In this document: positions 38,747 to 48,731 of the stretch, in pieces
Numbering within the stretch: the stretch's first letter is position 1
Layout: each line of letters starts with the position of its first letter
Source of the DNA: Desulfurococcaceae archaeon
GTDB lineage: Archaea > Thermoproteota > Thermoprotei_A > Sulfolobales > Desulfurococcaceae
NCBI GenBank assembly: GCA_038888155.1
Contig: JAWAJB010000001.1
Span: forward strand, 32,001-96,000
Length of the DNA: 64,000 nt
Direction of reading: 5' to 3'
Translations under genes and position numbers: made by a program
The notes under the pieces: model-generated
What the model was told of the DNA's origin: nothing
The model's database searches: none
What the model saw: only the letters and a program-made list of their open reading frames with translations

Positions 38747-40302
38747 CCTAATTCCACCCTTTGCCTATTCATGTAGACCCTCCATGTAGGGGTAATGTGC
38801 CTTGGGTGGTTAGCCTTCGCAATATCAATTCTTCTAACGCTTGTATTTATTGGGTGCTTCTTGACTTCCTCTGGCTTCTCATAAGCCAGTTTGCTAATTT
38901 CCATGAGTTTTTCAAAGTACTTCTCTACTATCTCAGGTAGCTCGGTTTCAGTGAATTCTACTTGAATTGCCTCCTTTACTATTAGAGGAAAGTAAATAGT
39001 AGGAGCATAGAAACCAGAGTCTAGTAAAGCCTTGGCTACATCTTCTGCGTTTACGCCAGCTTCGTCTGCCATTGGTTTAGCACTAATTACTACCTCATGT
39101 TTCCTAAGCCTGCCATTACCATATGGAAGCGCGAAACCTCTAATTCTCTCCACCATCTTGGCAAAATAATTAGTTAAGAGAACAGCGTGCTCGGTAGCCT
39201 TTCTTAAGCCCTGGGGACCCATCATTATTATATAGACATAGGCCCATACCAAGGGTAGCGTATTTGCGAAGAAGGATTTAAGTAAACCTGCGCTGTGGGG
39301 ACCTGGGTACTCGAGCTTATAACTTCCGCTTTCTTCGTCGCGGATCACTATATAGCCTGGAATGAGGTCTTTTAACCATATCCCCCTATTTACATCGACG
39401 AGCTTATTCTTTATGCAAACCGGACCTGCACCTGGTCCCCCACCTCCATGAGGTGAGCTAAATGTCTTGTGAATGTTTATGTGTGCTATATCAAAACCCA
39501 TATCGCCTGGTCTAGCATATCCCATTATTCCGTTTAAGTTCGCTCCATCGTAGTAAAGAAGGGCATCATATTTGTGTATAAGGGCAGCTATTTCCGTTAT
39601 ATTTTCTTCAAATAGTCCTAGCGTACTTGGATTGGTGATCATTAACCCAGCCGTCGACTCACCTACTGTTGACCTTAAGGCATCCATGTCGACATTGCCA
39701 TCACTAGCTGAGGGAACCTCTATTACACGGAAACCAGCCATGGCTGCGCTAGCTGGATTGGTACCATGAGCACTGTCTGGAATGATTATTTCTGTTTTTC
39801 TCTCTAGTTGACCTTTAATTTCATGATATTTCCTTATAGTTAACACTCCAGCTAGCTCACCGTGGGCCCCGGCAGCAGGGTGCAATGTGCATATATCCAT
39901 GCCAACTATACTAGCGAGCCACTTCTGAAGCTCGAACATGATTTCTAGGAGGCCCTGAACCGTTCTCTCATCTTGTAACGGATGAATGAGAGATAATTCT
40001 GTGTTAAAAGCTATGTCCCAGGCCGCTCGAGGGTTGTATTTCATGGTACACGAACCCAATGGAACGGGGCCGTTATCAACTCCATAAGCCATTTGAGTTA
40101 AATTGGTGAAGTGCCTTACAACCTCTACTTCACTTAGCTCAGGTAAGCCGGGCTGATTTTCCCTTCTAATTGCATGCGGAATTTTAACTGTCGAAACAGA
40201 TTTCTTTACCTCCTCTTCGACCTCGGGCAGATTTAAACCAGTCCTGCCAGTATGTCCCATCTCAAATATCAGAGGTTCTCTCCATCGGGCTTGTCTATAC
40301 AT
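38743..40302 (-). CDS. gcvPB: Glycine dehydrogenase (decarboxylating) subunit 2
   Basis: PLGSCTMKYNP, AGAHGE, PDSAHGTNPAS, YYDGAN, PLP-Lys motif HINIHKTF, PHGGGGPG. Confidence 0.96.
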   Translation of the reverse strand: MYRQARWREPLIFEMGHTGRTGLNLPEVEEEVKKSVSTVKIPHAIRRENQPGLPELSEVEVVRHFTNLTQMAYGVDNGPVPLGSCTMKYNPRAAWDIAFNTELSLIHPLQDERTVQGLLEIMFELQKWLASIVGMDICTLHPAAGAHGELAGVLTIRKYHEIKGQLERKTEIIIPDSAHGTNPASAAMAGFRVIEVPSASDGNVDMDALRSTVGESTAGLMITNPSTLGLFEENITEIAALIHKYDALLYYDGANLNGIMGYARPGDMGFDIAHINIHKTFSSPHGGGGPGAGPVCIKNKLVDVNRGIWLKDLIPGYIVIRDEESGSYKLEYPGPHSAGLLKSFFANTLPLVWAYVYIIMMGPQGLRKATEHAVLLTNYFAKMVERIRGFALPYGNGRLRKHEVVISAKPMADEAGVNAEDVAKALLDSGFYAPTIYFPLIVKEAIQVEFTETELPEIVEKYFEKLMEISKLAYEKPEEVKKHPINTSVRRIDIAKANHPRHITPTWRVYMNRQRVELG

Positions 40303-40308
40303 AACCCT

Positions 40309-41712
40309 TCACCCGCCGATCAAAATTTGTGAGAGAGTTTTCAAGAGAAAATCGATGTCATCCTTTAAGTGCATCTCTGTAAACGCGTAGAGAGCGGTTT
40401 CACCAAGATCTGGGTAGAGATTACCTATATAGAGTCCGCCGTGCAGGCCCCTATCGAGTAGCTTGTTGTGAATTTCTCTGTAGGCTCCAAAATTGTTGAA
40501 GGATACAGGAAATTCGTTGAAGAAATCTCCATCGAATAAATCCACATCTAGACCTAAGTCCTTCATTTTATTCCAAGCGTAATGAGCCCTATAGTAGTTT
40601 ACCTCGGCTAATTTCTTAATGCCGTTCTTTCCTAGCAATGAAAGGTATACTGCTGAAGCAATTGCCATTAAAGCCTCATTTGTACATATGTTTGAAGTTG
40701 CCCGCTCCCTTCTAATGTGTTGCTCTCTAGTCTGCATAATCATCGCGAATGATCTCTCCCCCTCTATAGTCTCGGCAATTCCTATGATTCTACCAGGTAT
40801 TTGCCTCAAGAGGTTGGTATCGAAGCGCGTAGCGAATATCCCTAGGTGAGGGCCGCCAAAGTTCATGCCAAGCCCAAGCGATTGCCCATCACCTACTGCG
40901 ATGTCGGCGCCTATCTCACCCGGGGGTTTAAGTAATCCAAGAGAAATTGGGTATATACCGGCAATAAATACTGCCTTTTGATCATGAGATATTTCGCCAA
41001 CTGCTTTAACCTCTGACTCTATTACGCCGAAGAAATTGGGATATTGTAAGTACACAGCAGCAGTCTCTCCATCTATGGCTTCTTTGAGTTTCTCTATATC
41101 TACTGTTCCGCTTCTTGTTTCGTAGGGTATATTGACAATTTTCACACCGTGCGGCTCTATATATGTACTCAGCACTTTTCTATGAAACGGGTTCATGCTA
41201 GCTGGGATCAATACCTTTCGCTTGCCTTTATTCACTCTGAGGGCCATTAAGACTGCTTCAGCAACTGCCGACCCATGATCGTACATTGATGCATTGACAA
41301 CGTCCATACCGAGCAACTCAGCAATCAAACTCTGATACTCAAATAGAGCCTGCATTAAACCCTGAGAGATCTCAGCTTGGTATGGAGTGTATGAAGTTAA
41401 AAACTCACCCCTCGAAATAATGTACTTTACAATGGGCGGTACATAATGAGGGTAAACACCCCCTCCCATAAACGGGGGGATTTTTAGCTTCATATTCTTA
41501 GACATTTTCGTATCCACTAAGCGCCTTGCCTCTATTTCCGAGGCAGGTCTGCCGAGCCCTATTTCAAGGCTTTCCCACTTTTCCTTGGAAATCCTCAAGT
41601 CTGGTGGAATATCGTTAAAGAGTTCCTCGATGTTTTTAACGCCAATAGATCTAAGCATTTTTTCAATCTGTTGAGGAGTGGAGCTAGGTATCCATGGGTG
41701 GTTCTCGCTCAA
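40309..41712 (-). CDS. gcvPA: Glycine dehydrogenase (decarboxylating) subunit 1
   Basis: YTPYQAEISQG, NASMYD, FGGP, QTREQHIRRERATSNICTN. Start moved to TTG 41712 (GGTGTG RBS), which removes the overlap with gcvT. Confidence 0.95.
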   Translation of the reverse strand: MSENHPWIPSSTPQQIEKMLRSIGVKNIEELFNDIPPDLRISKEKWESLEIGLGRPASEIEARRLVDTKMSKNMKLKIPPFMGGGVYPHYVPPIVKYIISRGEFLTSYTPYQAEISQGLMQALFEYQSLIAELLGMDVVNASMYDHGSAVAEAVLMALRVNKGKRKVLIPASMNPFHRKVLSTYIEPHGVKIVNIPYETRSGTVDIEKLKEAIDGETAAVYLQYPNFFGVIESEVKAVGEISHDQKAVFIAGIYPISLGLLKPPGEIGADIAVGDGQSLGLGMNFGGPHLGIFATRFDTNLLRQIPGRIIGIAETIEGERSFAMIMQTREQHIRRERATSNICTNEALMAIASAVYLSLLGKNGIKKLAEVNYYRAHYAWNKMKDLGLDVDLFDGDFFNEFPVSFNNFGAYREIHNKLLDRGLHGGLYIGNLYPDLGETALYAFTEMHLKDDIDFLLKTLSQILIGG

Positions 41713-41794
41713 TTTACACACCGGTTTTTTATCTATATTCCTTACAACATTTAAGGTTATTTGGTCTGTCTGCCTACTACCAACTGGTGGGAAA

Positions 41795-42907
41795 TTGCCC
41801 AAGATACCTCTACTTGAATTCTACTGCGAGAGGCTCGGAGCAGAGACTGGTATGTTCGGCGAATGGGAAGTACCTATGAGATTTACGAACGCCATAGAAG
41901 AACATATTAGCGTTAGAGCGCATGTAGCTTTCTTTGATGTATCGCACATGGGTAGGCTAGTTCTTAGAGGTCGCGATGTTATTCCTCTAATTCAATATAT
42001 CTACACTAAAGATCTATCCAAGACTAAGCAGGGTTTCATGAGCGGCCCCACACTTGCGCTCACAGACTTAGCCAGAGTTAAGGATGACGAAATGCTATAC
42101 AGGATGAGTGACGAAGAGTGGTTGCTGGTTCCGAATTCCCTTGTCCACTTAAAAATGAAAGAGTACCTGCTAAGAACTGCTGCCGAGAAGAGTTACAAAG
42201 TTGATGTAGAAGACCTAACCGAGAAATACTCCATGATAGCCATTCAGGGACCTAAGTCCATGGAAATAATGGAGTCGATTGGAGCGGGGTGGACATCAAA
42301 TATGAAACCACTTGAGTTTAGATTAAACGAGAAGGTTGGAGACGCAGTGGTCTTTTTAGTTAGCAGAAGTGGGTGGACAGGTGAAGACGGATTCGAAATT
42401 TGGGGCAATCATGGAGAAATTAAGAAGCTGGTAGAGACATTTTTGCACAAAGGAGTTAAGCCTGCGGGGCTTATAGCTAGGGATACTCTGAGGATAGAAA
42501 TGGGGTTTGTGCTAGGAGGACATGAATATGGAGAAGATCCGCTGAAGTATCCATGTGCGATCTCCTTGAGGTATGGAATGGGTTCCATTTCGTGGGAGAA
42601 AAAAGGATTTGTTGGGGAAATGGCTCTGAGGGCCTGTAAGAGGGAAGGAATTAGGTGGATTAGAGTAGGTTTGCGCATGGGTAAAGAAGCTGGCAGGCTT
42701 TTTCCTAGACCTGGCTACAGTGTTTATGTTGAGGATGTCATTGTTGGTTGGGTAACGAGCGGATGTTATTCACCAATACTAGGTAGGGGCATCTCAATGG
42801 CTTACATAGACGCTAGGTATGCCGTGTTCGGGGAAGAAGTAGAGGTGGATATTAGAGGAAAGAAGTACCCCGCCAAGATTGTTGACTTTCCGTTCATTAA
42901 AACGTGA
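41795..42907 (+). CDS. gcvT: Glycine cleavage aminomethyltransferase T
   Basis: FDVSHMG, IAIQGPKS, SRSGWTGEDGFE, ARDTLRIEMG, VTSG.YSP. Start moved to TTG 41795 (GGTGGG RBS). Confidence 0.95.
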   Translation: MPKIPLLEFYCERLGAETGMFGEWEVPMRFTNAIEEHISVRAHVAFFDVSHMGRLVLRGRDVIPLIQYIYTKDLSKTKQGFMSGPTLALTDLARVKDDEMLYRMSDEEWLLVPNSLVHLKMKEYLLRTAAEKSYKVDVEDLTEKYSMIAIQGPKSMEIMESIGAGWTSNMKPLEFRLNEKVGDAVVFLVSRSGWTGEDGFEIWGNHGEIKKLVETFLHKGVKPAGLIARDTLRIEMGFVLGGHEYGEDPLKYPCAISLRYGMGSISWEKKGFVGEMALRACKREGIRWIRVGLRMGKEAGRLFPRPGYSVYVEDVIVGWVTSGCYSPILGRGISMAYIDARYAVFGEEVEVDIRGKKYPAKIVDFPFIKT

Positions 42908-42970
42908 ACTAAAGCTCTGCAAATATAAAGTATTTTACATAGTATACATGTAACTGAATGGGGATGTGTT

Positions 42971-44314
42971 TTGATTGAATATGGGGAGTCTCCTGGTTTA
43001 AGTGCACTTATGGAGCTCTACTCCGACTTAAAAACAGTAGTTGAACTAGCTGTAAATCACACTACGTGGAGGAAAATTAGCTGTATAAATATGATTGCAA
43101 GCGAAAACGTGATGTCGCCGCTCGCCATGCTAGTGTATTTAAACGACTCCATGCATAGATACGCTGAGGGCAAACCACATAAGCGTTTCTATCAAGGGCT
43201 TAAATACATTGATGTACTGGAGATAAAGGTACAGGAATTGCTTGGAGAACTGCTCAACACCGAATTCGTCGATATAAGACCAATTAGTGGCACGACAGCA
43301 AACGCAAGTGTCTTCAGGGCGTTCACCAAGCCAGGCGACAAGGCTGCAGTATCCCCAGTACAGGCTGGAGCACACGTTAGCCATACAAGGTACGGGACGC
43401 TCGGAGCTCTTGGAATAGAGCAGATCGAGTTGCCCGTAGATTTGGAAAACTGGAGCATAGATGTAGATAAAGCAGTTAAGCTGATAGAAGAGATTAAGCC
43501 TCGGATTGTTACCCTAGGCGGTTCTTTATACATGTTTCCGCACCCCACAAAAGAAGTTGCCGAAGTTGCTCACTCCGTAGGCGCTAAAGTAATACACGAT
43601 ATAGCACACGTCCTGGGCCTGATAGTTGGGGGGGTTTGGGACAACCCACTAAAACTGGGGGCAGATGTTATAACCTCCTCAACACACAAGACTTTTCCAG
43701 GGCCGCAGGGTGGGCTAATAGCTACATCTAACGAGTCTGACTATAAGGAGGTTGGAAAAGTTGTATTTCCAATGTTTGTATCAAATCACCACTTACACAG
43801 GCTTGCAGCCACTGGTATTACTGCAATAGAGATGAAGATATGGGGCAGAGATTATGCACAACAAGTAGTAAAGAACGCAAAAGCGCTTGCAGAGGCCCTC
43901 GTTGCCGAAGGGTTCAAGGTTGCACTGGAGCATAGAGGCTATACATCGAGCCACCAAGTGGCAGTAGATGTTAAACAGCATGGCCGAGGCACGAAGTGCG
44001 CTGCTTTACTGGAAGAGGCGAATATCATAGTGAACAAGAATATGCTGCCATATGATAAGCCAGAAGACGTAAAAGATCCTAGCGGGCTTAGGCTGGGCAC
44101 GCAAGAGCTCACGAGGTGGGGAATGAGGGAGGGAGAAATGAATGAAATAGCTGGCTTCATTAAGAAGGTCTTAATGGAGAGACGCGACCCCATTGAAGTT
44201 AGGAAAAAGGTCATCGAGTTTAGAAAAGAATTTGTGGAAGTACAATACGGGTTTAGGATTACTAAGGAAGATGAGATCAGGCTATTAAAGCTAATGCTAC
44301 ATGCCGAAGAATAG
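42971..44314 (+). CDS. glyA: Serine hydroxymethyltransferase (archaeal type)
   Basis: MIASEN, RYAEG, SGT.AN, GAHVSH, PLP-Lys motif [21 protein letters not shown]. Confidence 0.96.
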   Translation: MIEYGESPGLSALMELYSDLKTVVELAVNHTTWRKISCINMIASENVMSPLAMLVYLNDSMHRYAEGKPHKRFYQGLKYIDVLEIKVQELLGELLNTEFVDIRPISGTTANASVFRAFTKPGDKAAVSPVQAGAHVSHTRYGTLGALGIEQIELPVDLENWSIDVDKAVKLIEEIKPRIVTLGGSLYMFPHPTKEVAEVAHSVGAKVIHDIAHVLGLIVGGVWDNPLKLGADVITSSTHKTFPGPQGGLIATSNESDYKEVGKVVFPMFVSNHHLHRLAATGITAIEMKIWGRDYAQQVVKNAKALAEALVAEGFKVALEHRGYTSSHQVAVDVKQHGRGTKCAALLEEANIIVNKNMLPYDKPEDVKDPSGLRLGTQELTRWGMREGEMNEIAGFIKKVLMERRDPIEVRKKVIEFRKEFVEVQYGFRITKEDEIRLLKLMLHAEE

Positions 44315-44380
44315 ATATAGAGTTATTAATTTGCTTGGATTATTATTAGGACGTGTGGAGAAGTACAACGGGTGTAATAT

Positions 44381-44803
44381 GTGGAAGATTTAGTTGTCAA
44401 AATAAAGGGAAAGGAGTACGTTATAAAGACGGATAGAAAATACACACAGACGGATGAGTGGGCTCTTAGAGAAGATAATACACTGCGCATTGGTATATCT
44501 GATTACGCCCAGAAGGAATTAAAAGATATCGTTTCTGTGGAGTTGCCAGAGATTGGAAGGATTGTAAATAGGGGAGAAGAGCTTGGAATGATAGACTCGG
44601 TTAAAGCGACTTCACCTTACTATTCTCCTGTATCCGGCAAAATAATTGAAGTAAACAAGCAATTAGAGACTTCACCAGAGCTAATAAACAGGGATCCATA
44701 CAACGCGGGGTGGATCTTAGTGCTGCAGCTATCGAATCCCTCCGAATATGATTCGCTATTAACGCCTGAGCAATATGTCAACAAATTGAAAACTGGGAAG
44801 TAG
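44381..44803 (+). CDS. gcvH: Glycine cleavage system H protein
   Basis: YT..DEW, IGISDYAQ, lipoyl-Lys motif DSVKA, SPVSG, IN.DPY..GW. Confidence 0.96.
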   Translation: MEDLVVKIKGKEYVIKTDRKYTQTDEWALREDNTLRIGISDYAQKELKDIVSVELPEIGRIVNRGEELGMIDSVKATSPYYSPVSGKIIEVNKQLETSPELINRDPYNAGWILVLQLSNPSEYDSLLTPEQYVNKLKTGK

Positions 44804-45002
44804 ATAACAGCAACCTCGTTCTTAATGTTTATTTTTGAATACAAATATTAAATCGTTCATTTAAGCTGGCTATGCTGGAAACTTTCCTCGGAACTAACTT
44901 GGCATTAAGCTATCGCGGGAAAACCGGCAAATATCCTCATATTTACAAAAGCTTGTTGCCGACCGAGAGATAAGTTAATTCAATGACAATCCATCTTTCT
45001 CC

Positions 45003-45911
45003 TTGTTTTTAATAGATAAAAACGAGTTCCCCATTAAGAATATTGAACAACAAATGGTGATCCACATGGAGGGTGGTTTGGTAGTTATTGAGCCTGCCGG
45101 CAAGTATTTAAATTTATTGCTTAAAACAAAAAGAGTTTTGGCCACCGAGAGATCTCAATACCAAGAAATAATTATAGCAGAGATCGAAGGATTTGGCAGA
45201 TGTCTCCTCCTTGATAAGTACATACAGAGCACGGAGAAGGATGAACACATTTATCATGAGCTGTTAGTACACCCAGCTATGGCTATTCATCCTCAGCCTG
45301 AGAATGTGTTGATCTTGGGGGGAGGAGAGGGTGCCGCATTAAGAGAAGTTCTAAAGCATAATACGGTAAAAGAGGTCGTCATGGTTGATATAGACCCGTT
45401 AGTTGTAGAGCTCTCCAAGAAGTACCTTGAGCATATACACCAAGGTAGCTTCAATGACTGTAGAGCTAGAATCAAGTTAATGGATGGGAAAGAGTATATT
45501 AAAGAGGCCCCTCGCGAATACTTTGATGTCGTAGTAATGGATTTGACCGACCCCTATGCAGGTGAAGTGGCTAAGCCGCTTTATAGTAAAGAAACTTTCG
45601 AGGAAGTGAGGAAAATAATGAAGAGAAACGGCATTATTGTAACTCAGGCTGGTAGTAGTTACTTCTACCCGGAAGAGTATAAATACGTCCTTAGTGGAGT
45701 TAGAAGCGCCTTTAGGCATATAGCGGAGTACTGGGTTTGGATACCAAGCTTTGGAGTAAACGTTAATTTCATTGCAGCTTCTAACGAGTACAAGTTTGAA
45801 GAGGAGGTAGTAAATATTGATATAAGGTTAAAAAGTAGAGGCGTTAAAACGAAGTTCATTAACAGCAGACTTTTTGAAGGGCTTCTAAAGGTCGGTGTTC
45901 TCTACCCGTGA
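45003..45911 (+). CDS. speE: Polyamine aminopropyltransferase (spermidine synthase family)
   Basis: S.YQEI, DE.IYHE.LVHP, LGGGEG, VDID, DLTDP. The real start is probably near 45054-45067. Confidence 0.92.
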   Translation: MFLIDKNEFPIKNIEQQMVIHMEGGLVVIEPAGKYLNLLLKTKRVLATERSQYQEIIIAEIEGFGRCLLLDKYIQSTEKDEHIYHELLVHPAMAIHPQPENVLILGGGEGAALREVLKHNTVKEVVMVDIDPLVVELSKKYLEHIHQGSFNDCRARIKLMDGKEYIKEAPREYFDVVVMDLTDPYAGEVAKPLYSKETFEEVRKIMKRNGIIVTQAGSSYFYPEEYKYVLSGVRSAFRHIAEYWVWIPSFGVNVNFIAASNEYKFEEEVVNIDIRLKSRGVKTKFINSRLFEGLLKVGVLYP

Positions 45912-45942
45912 TCACAGGGCTGTTAAAAGATTTTCATTGGAG

Positions 45943-47280
45943 TTACTTTCTGTCGACTACCAGTACTCCGTCTTCGCGCATCTCAATAACTACTACCCTA
46001 TCACCAGCCTTTATTTCTCCCTTTGAGGTTGCCCTCCAATATTCACCCTCTATCCTAACGTATCCAATTAGTCCCGGTTTGAGGTCATCAACGGCAATGC
46101 CTTCTCTGCCCTCTGGGGTGAATCTTATGGGCTTCTTCCTCTTCACTTCAATAACCTTAAATATTACAATTCCAAAAAATCCTCCTAGAACAACAGCGGT
46201 TCCAAATATAAATATCCTCAGGGCATTGATATAGTCCTCCCGTGGAGCCACTCCTGCCGGTACGTACATAGGTAGCAAGGTAAACCCCAAAGTTATTAAG
46301 ACTATGCCGCTTATTCCCACAATTCCAAAGCCCGGTATTACAAAGAGCTCCACTGCCAGTAGAACTGCGCCTAATAAGATAAAGAATGCCGATATAAGGT
46401 TCGGGTTCATTCCTGTGCTTATAAGCCCGAGAAGCATTAGCGCTATCGCGAGCGGTAGTGTAACTATTCTACCCGTAACGAGTGAAAATATAGCTACAAG
46501 AATTCCTATGGAGAGAAGGATATTGGACAAATATGCATTCGATAAAATAGATAGAGTTCTTGACCTAACGCTACATGTGTACACTTCGATCGATCCAGGC
46601 GAAACTTCTAGTTTGTAAGTTGTTCCTCCTTTCTCTATAGTAACCCCGTTTAATCTTGATATCAACTCGTTTAAGTCATTAACCTCAACGTCGGCTAGTC
46701 CAAAAGAGACAGCCGTGGTTGAGTTTATCACTTTGGCTTCTAGTATGAACTCCCTTATAAGCGATGTATTTCTACTTTTGGCTCCACCGTATATTTCAGC
46801 CTTGCCTATAACTGGCTCAATGATTTTTGATTCGTTAACAAATGTTATTTCTCCAGTTGCTGGATTTATAAGAACTGGCTTCATTGCCCCAACAATAGAG
46901 CCTCTCTGAACGGCTATAAAATCAGCTGGAAGAATAATTAGAGTTCCGGCGCTTAGAGCTTTATTTTCAACGTACGCTACTGTAGGTATATTGGAGTAGT
47001 ATATAGAATCTCCAATAGCGAAAGCTGCGTCTAGGAGACCGCCATATGAATTTACTCTGTATATTAACAGTGCGTTATTCCTCTCTGCTTCATTTATCCC
47101 CTCGACTACACACTCGGCAACTCCGCTATCTATAGTGTCCCAAGGGGGGGATATATCGATTAAAATCCCCCTACTAACAACGTTCCTAGGGTGGCTCTGC
47201 GAGTAAATAATATTCAAACTGAGGGCTGCAAATACGATAAACAATATCAAAAAAAGTCTTCCTATGAAAAGTCTATTCAT
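45943..47280 (-). CDS. nfeD: NfeD (long form): ClpP-class protease domain, TM segments and OB domain
   Basis: NSYGG, ALSAG (catalytic Ser), ELFVIPGFG, G.VRIEGEYWRA. Confidence 0.9.
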   Translation of the reverse strand: MNRLFIGRLFLILFIVFAALSLNIIYSQSHPRNVVSRGILIDISPPWDTIDSGVAECVVEGINEAERNNALLIYRVNSYGGLLDAAFAIGDSIYYSNIPTVAYVENKALSAGTLIILPADFIAVQRGSIVGAMKPVLINPATGEITFVNESKIIEPVIGKAEIYGGAKSRNTSLIREFILEAKVINSTTAVSFGLADVEVNDLNELISRLNGVTIEKGGTTYKLEVSPGSIEVYTCSVRSRTLSILSNAYLSNILLSIGILVAIFSLVTGRIVTLPLAIALMLLGLISTGMNPNLISAFFILLGAVLLAVELFVIPGFGIVGISGIVLITLGFTLLPMYVPAGVAPREDYINALRIFIFGTAVVLGGFFGIVIFKVIEVKRKKPIRFTPEGREGIAVDDLKPGLIGYVRIEGEYWRATSKGEIKAGDRVVVIEMREDGVLVVDRK

Positions 47281-48077
47281 TTGGAGCCCTCCGCCCTCTT
47301 TGACTGTTCTGTAATAGCTTTTTGTGCGGCAACTATTTCTCCAAGGGCTCTTCCACCAGCCTCCGTTACTACCACTAAGGATTTCTCCCTAGCGACTTCA
47401 ATTAACGTCTGGAGCTCTCTCAGCCTTAAGGCCATTGGATGATCCTCATATAACCTTGCAGCTTCAGATAGCACAAGCGATGCCTGCTTCTCTCCTTCTG
47501 CTTCTATTACCCTCGCTCTCCTCCACCTCTCGGCCTCAGCTTGCTTGGCCATAGCCCTCTTCATTTCCTCGGGAAGCTCTACAGCTTTTATAGTGACAGC
47601 AACTATTTTAATGCCCCATGGAATAGCCATTTCATCGAGAATTCCAGATAGCCTCTTATTCAACTCATCTCTTCTCTGCAGTAAGTCGTCTAAGTCAGCC
47701 TGCCCGAGGACATCTCTTAAAACTGTTTGAGCCAATAAGCTTACAGAGTAGTGGTAGTTTGCAACTCTTGTAATTGCGGCAACAGCGTCAATTACCCTGT
47801 AGTAGACAACTGCATCAACAGTAACGCTTACGTTATCTCTTGTCATGACCTCCTGTTTAGGGACATCAATAGTTACGATTCTCAGGTCAACCTTGCTAAT
47901 TGAATCAAAAAAGGGTATAACAAAAACCAGCCCAGGACCAATAGCTCCACGTAGCCTACCTAGCCTGAATATAACCAACCTTTCATACTCTCTTATAATC
48001 TTAATAGCAGATGATAATATGAATACTCCTATTAATGATGCAACAAGTATAGGTATTAAATCCCAAATTGTCAACAT
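47277..48077 (-). CDS. Stomatin-like (slipin, SPFH) protein
   Basis: EYER.VIFRLGR, GPGL, TRDNVSV.VDAV, AMAKQAEAER, LR.LQTL. Start moved to ATG 48077 (GGTGG RBS). Confidence 0.93.
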   Translation of the reverse strand: MLTIWDLIPILVASLIGVFILSSAIKIIREYERLVIFRLGRLRGAIGPGLVFVIPFFDSISKVDLRIVTIDVPKQEVMTRDNVSVTVDAVVYYRVIDAVAAITRVANYHYSVSLLAQTVLRDVLGQADLDDLLQRRDELNKRLSGILDEMAIPWGIKIVAVTIKAVELPEEMKRAMAKQAEAERWRRARVIEAEGEKQASLVLSEAARLYEDHPMALRLRELQTLIEVAREKSLVVVTEAGGRALGEIVAAQKAITEQSKRAEGSK

Positions 48078-48136
48078 TCCACCGCTCTTAAGTATAGAGT
48101 AAACAGAGTTATATACTAAAGATACGAAGGTAATTC

Positions 48137-48150
48137 TTTCGAACAAAATT
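48137..48150. promoter_or_regulatory. Candidate operator TTTCGAACAAAATT upstream of the WOR5-like operon
   Basis: 13/14 identical to 14638-14651. Confidence 0.35.
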
Positions 48151-48191
48151 GATCTAGATATTCGAGAACGTTTTTAACTTCAAGTTGATTT

Positions 48192-48731
48192 ATGAATATT
48201 CAAAAGGTGTATAAATTGGGCCAACGAGTTGGTGTGTGGATCCTTGTAGATCCCCTCAAGTGCACAGGTTGCAGGATTTGTGAAATAGAATGTAGCCTTA
48301 AACACGAAGGTACTCTATGGCCAGCAGCCTCTAGAATACGCGTCTATGAGCCGTATCCCGGTGCACCAGTACCCGTTCTCTGCGTGCAGTGCGACGATTA
48401 CCCCTGCGTTAAGAGCTGTCAATACAGTGCTTTAAAAGTAGACGAATCTACCGGAGCCGTTTTAGTTAGCTCTGAAAATTGCACATTGTGCGGTGCCTGC
48501 AAGTCAGCGTGCCCACTATCAATACCCAAAATTTTAGTTGGTAAAAAACACGTTCTCATATGTGATCTATGCCAGGGTGATCCTGAGTGTGTTAAAGCAT
48601 GTAACGGGCTGGGATATAGTGCATTGAAAATAGTAACCAAGCCTGAAGAGGGGGTCTCTAAAGTTTTCCTAAGAGATCCATACAGAGCTTCGAGAGATAT
48701 CTATTACAGAAACATATTGGGGGTGAAGTAG
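48192..48731 (+). CDS. 4x[4Fe-4S] small subunit of a WOR5-type oxidoreductase
   Basis: CTGCRICEIEC, CVQC..YPC...C, CTLCGACKSAC, CDLC.GDP.CV..C. Recalled similarity to P. furiosus PF1479. Confidence 0.88.
   Translation: MNIQKVYKLGQRVGVWILVDPLKCTGCRICEIECSLKHEGTLWPAASRIRVYEPYPGAPVPVLCVQCDDYPCVKSCQYSALKVDESTGAVLVSSENCTLCGACKSACPLSIPKILVGKKHVLICDLCQGDPECVKACNGLGYSALKIVTKPEEGVSKVFLRDPYRASRDIYYRNILGVK

Noticed and set aside
41678-41802. Apparent head-to-head overlap of gcvPA and gcvT
   Set aside because: Artefact of longest-ORF starts; RBS-supported TTG starts at 41712 and 41795 leave an 82-bp spacer.
44885-44941. Possible minus-strand C/D sRNA (ATGAGGA...CCGA)
   Set aside because: Degenerate boxes and only about 7 nt of recalled rRNA complementarity.
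45943-48077. Stomatin-NfeD pair as a novel system
   Set aside because: Well-known conserved prokaryotic operon.
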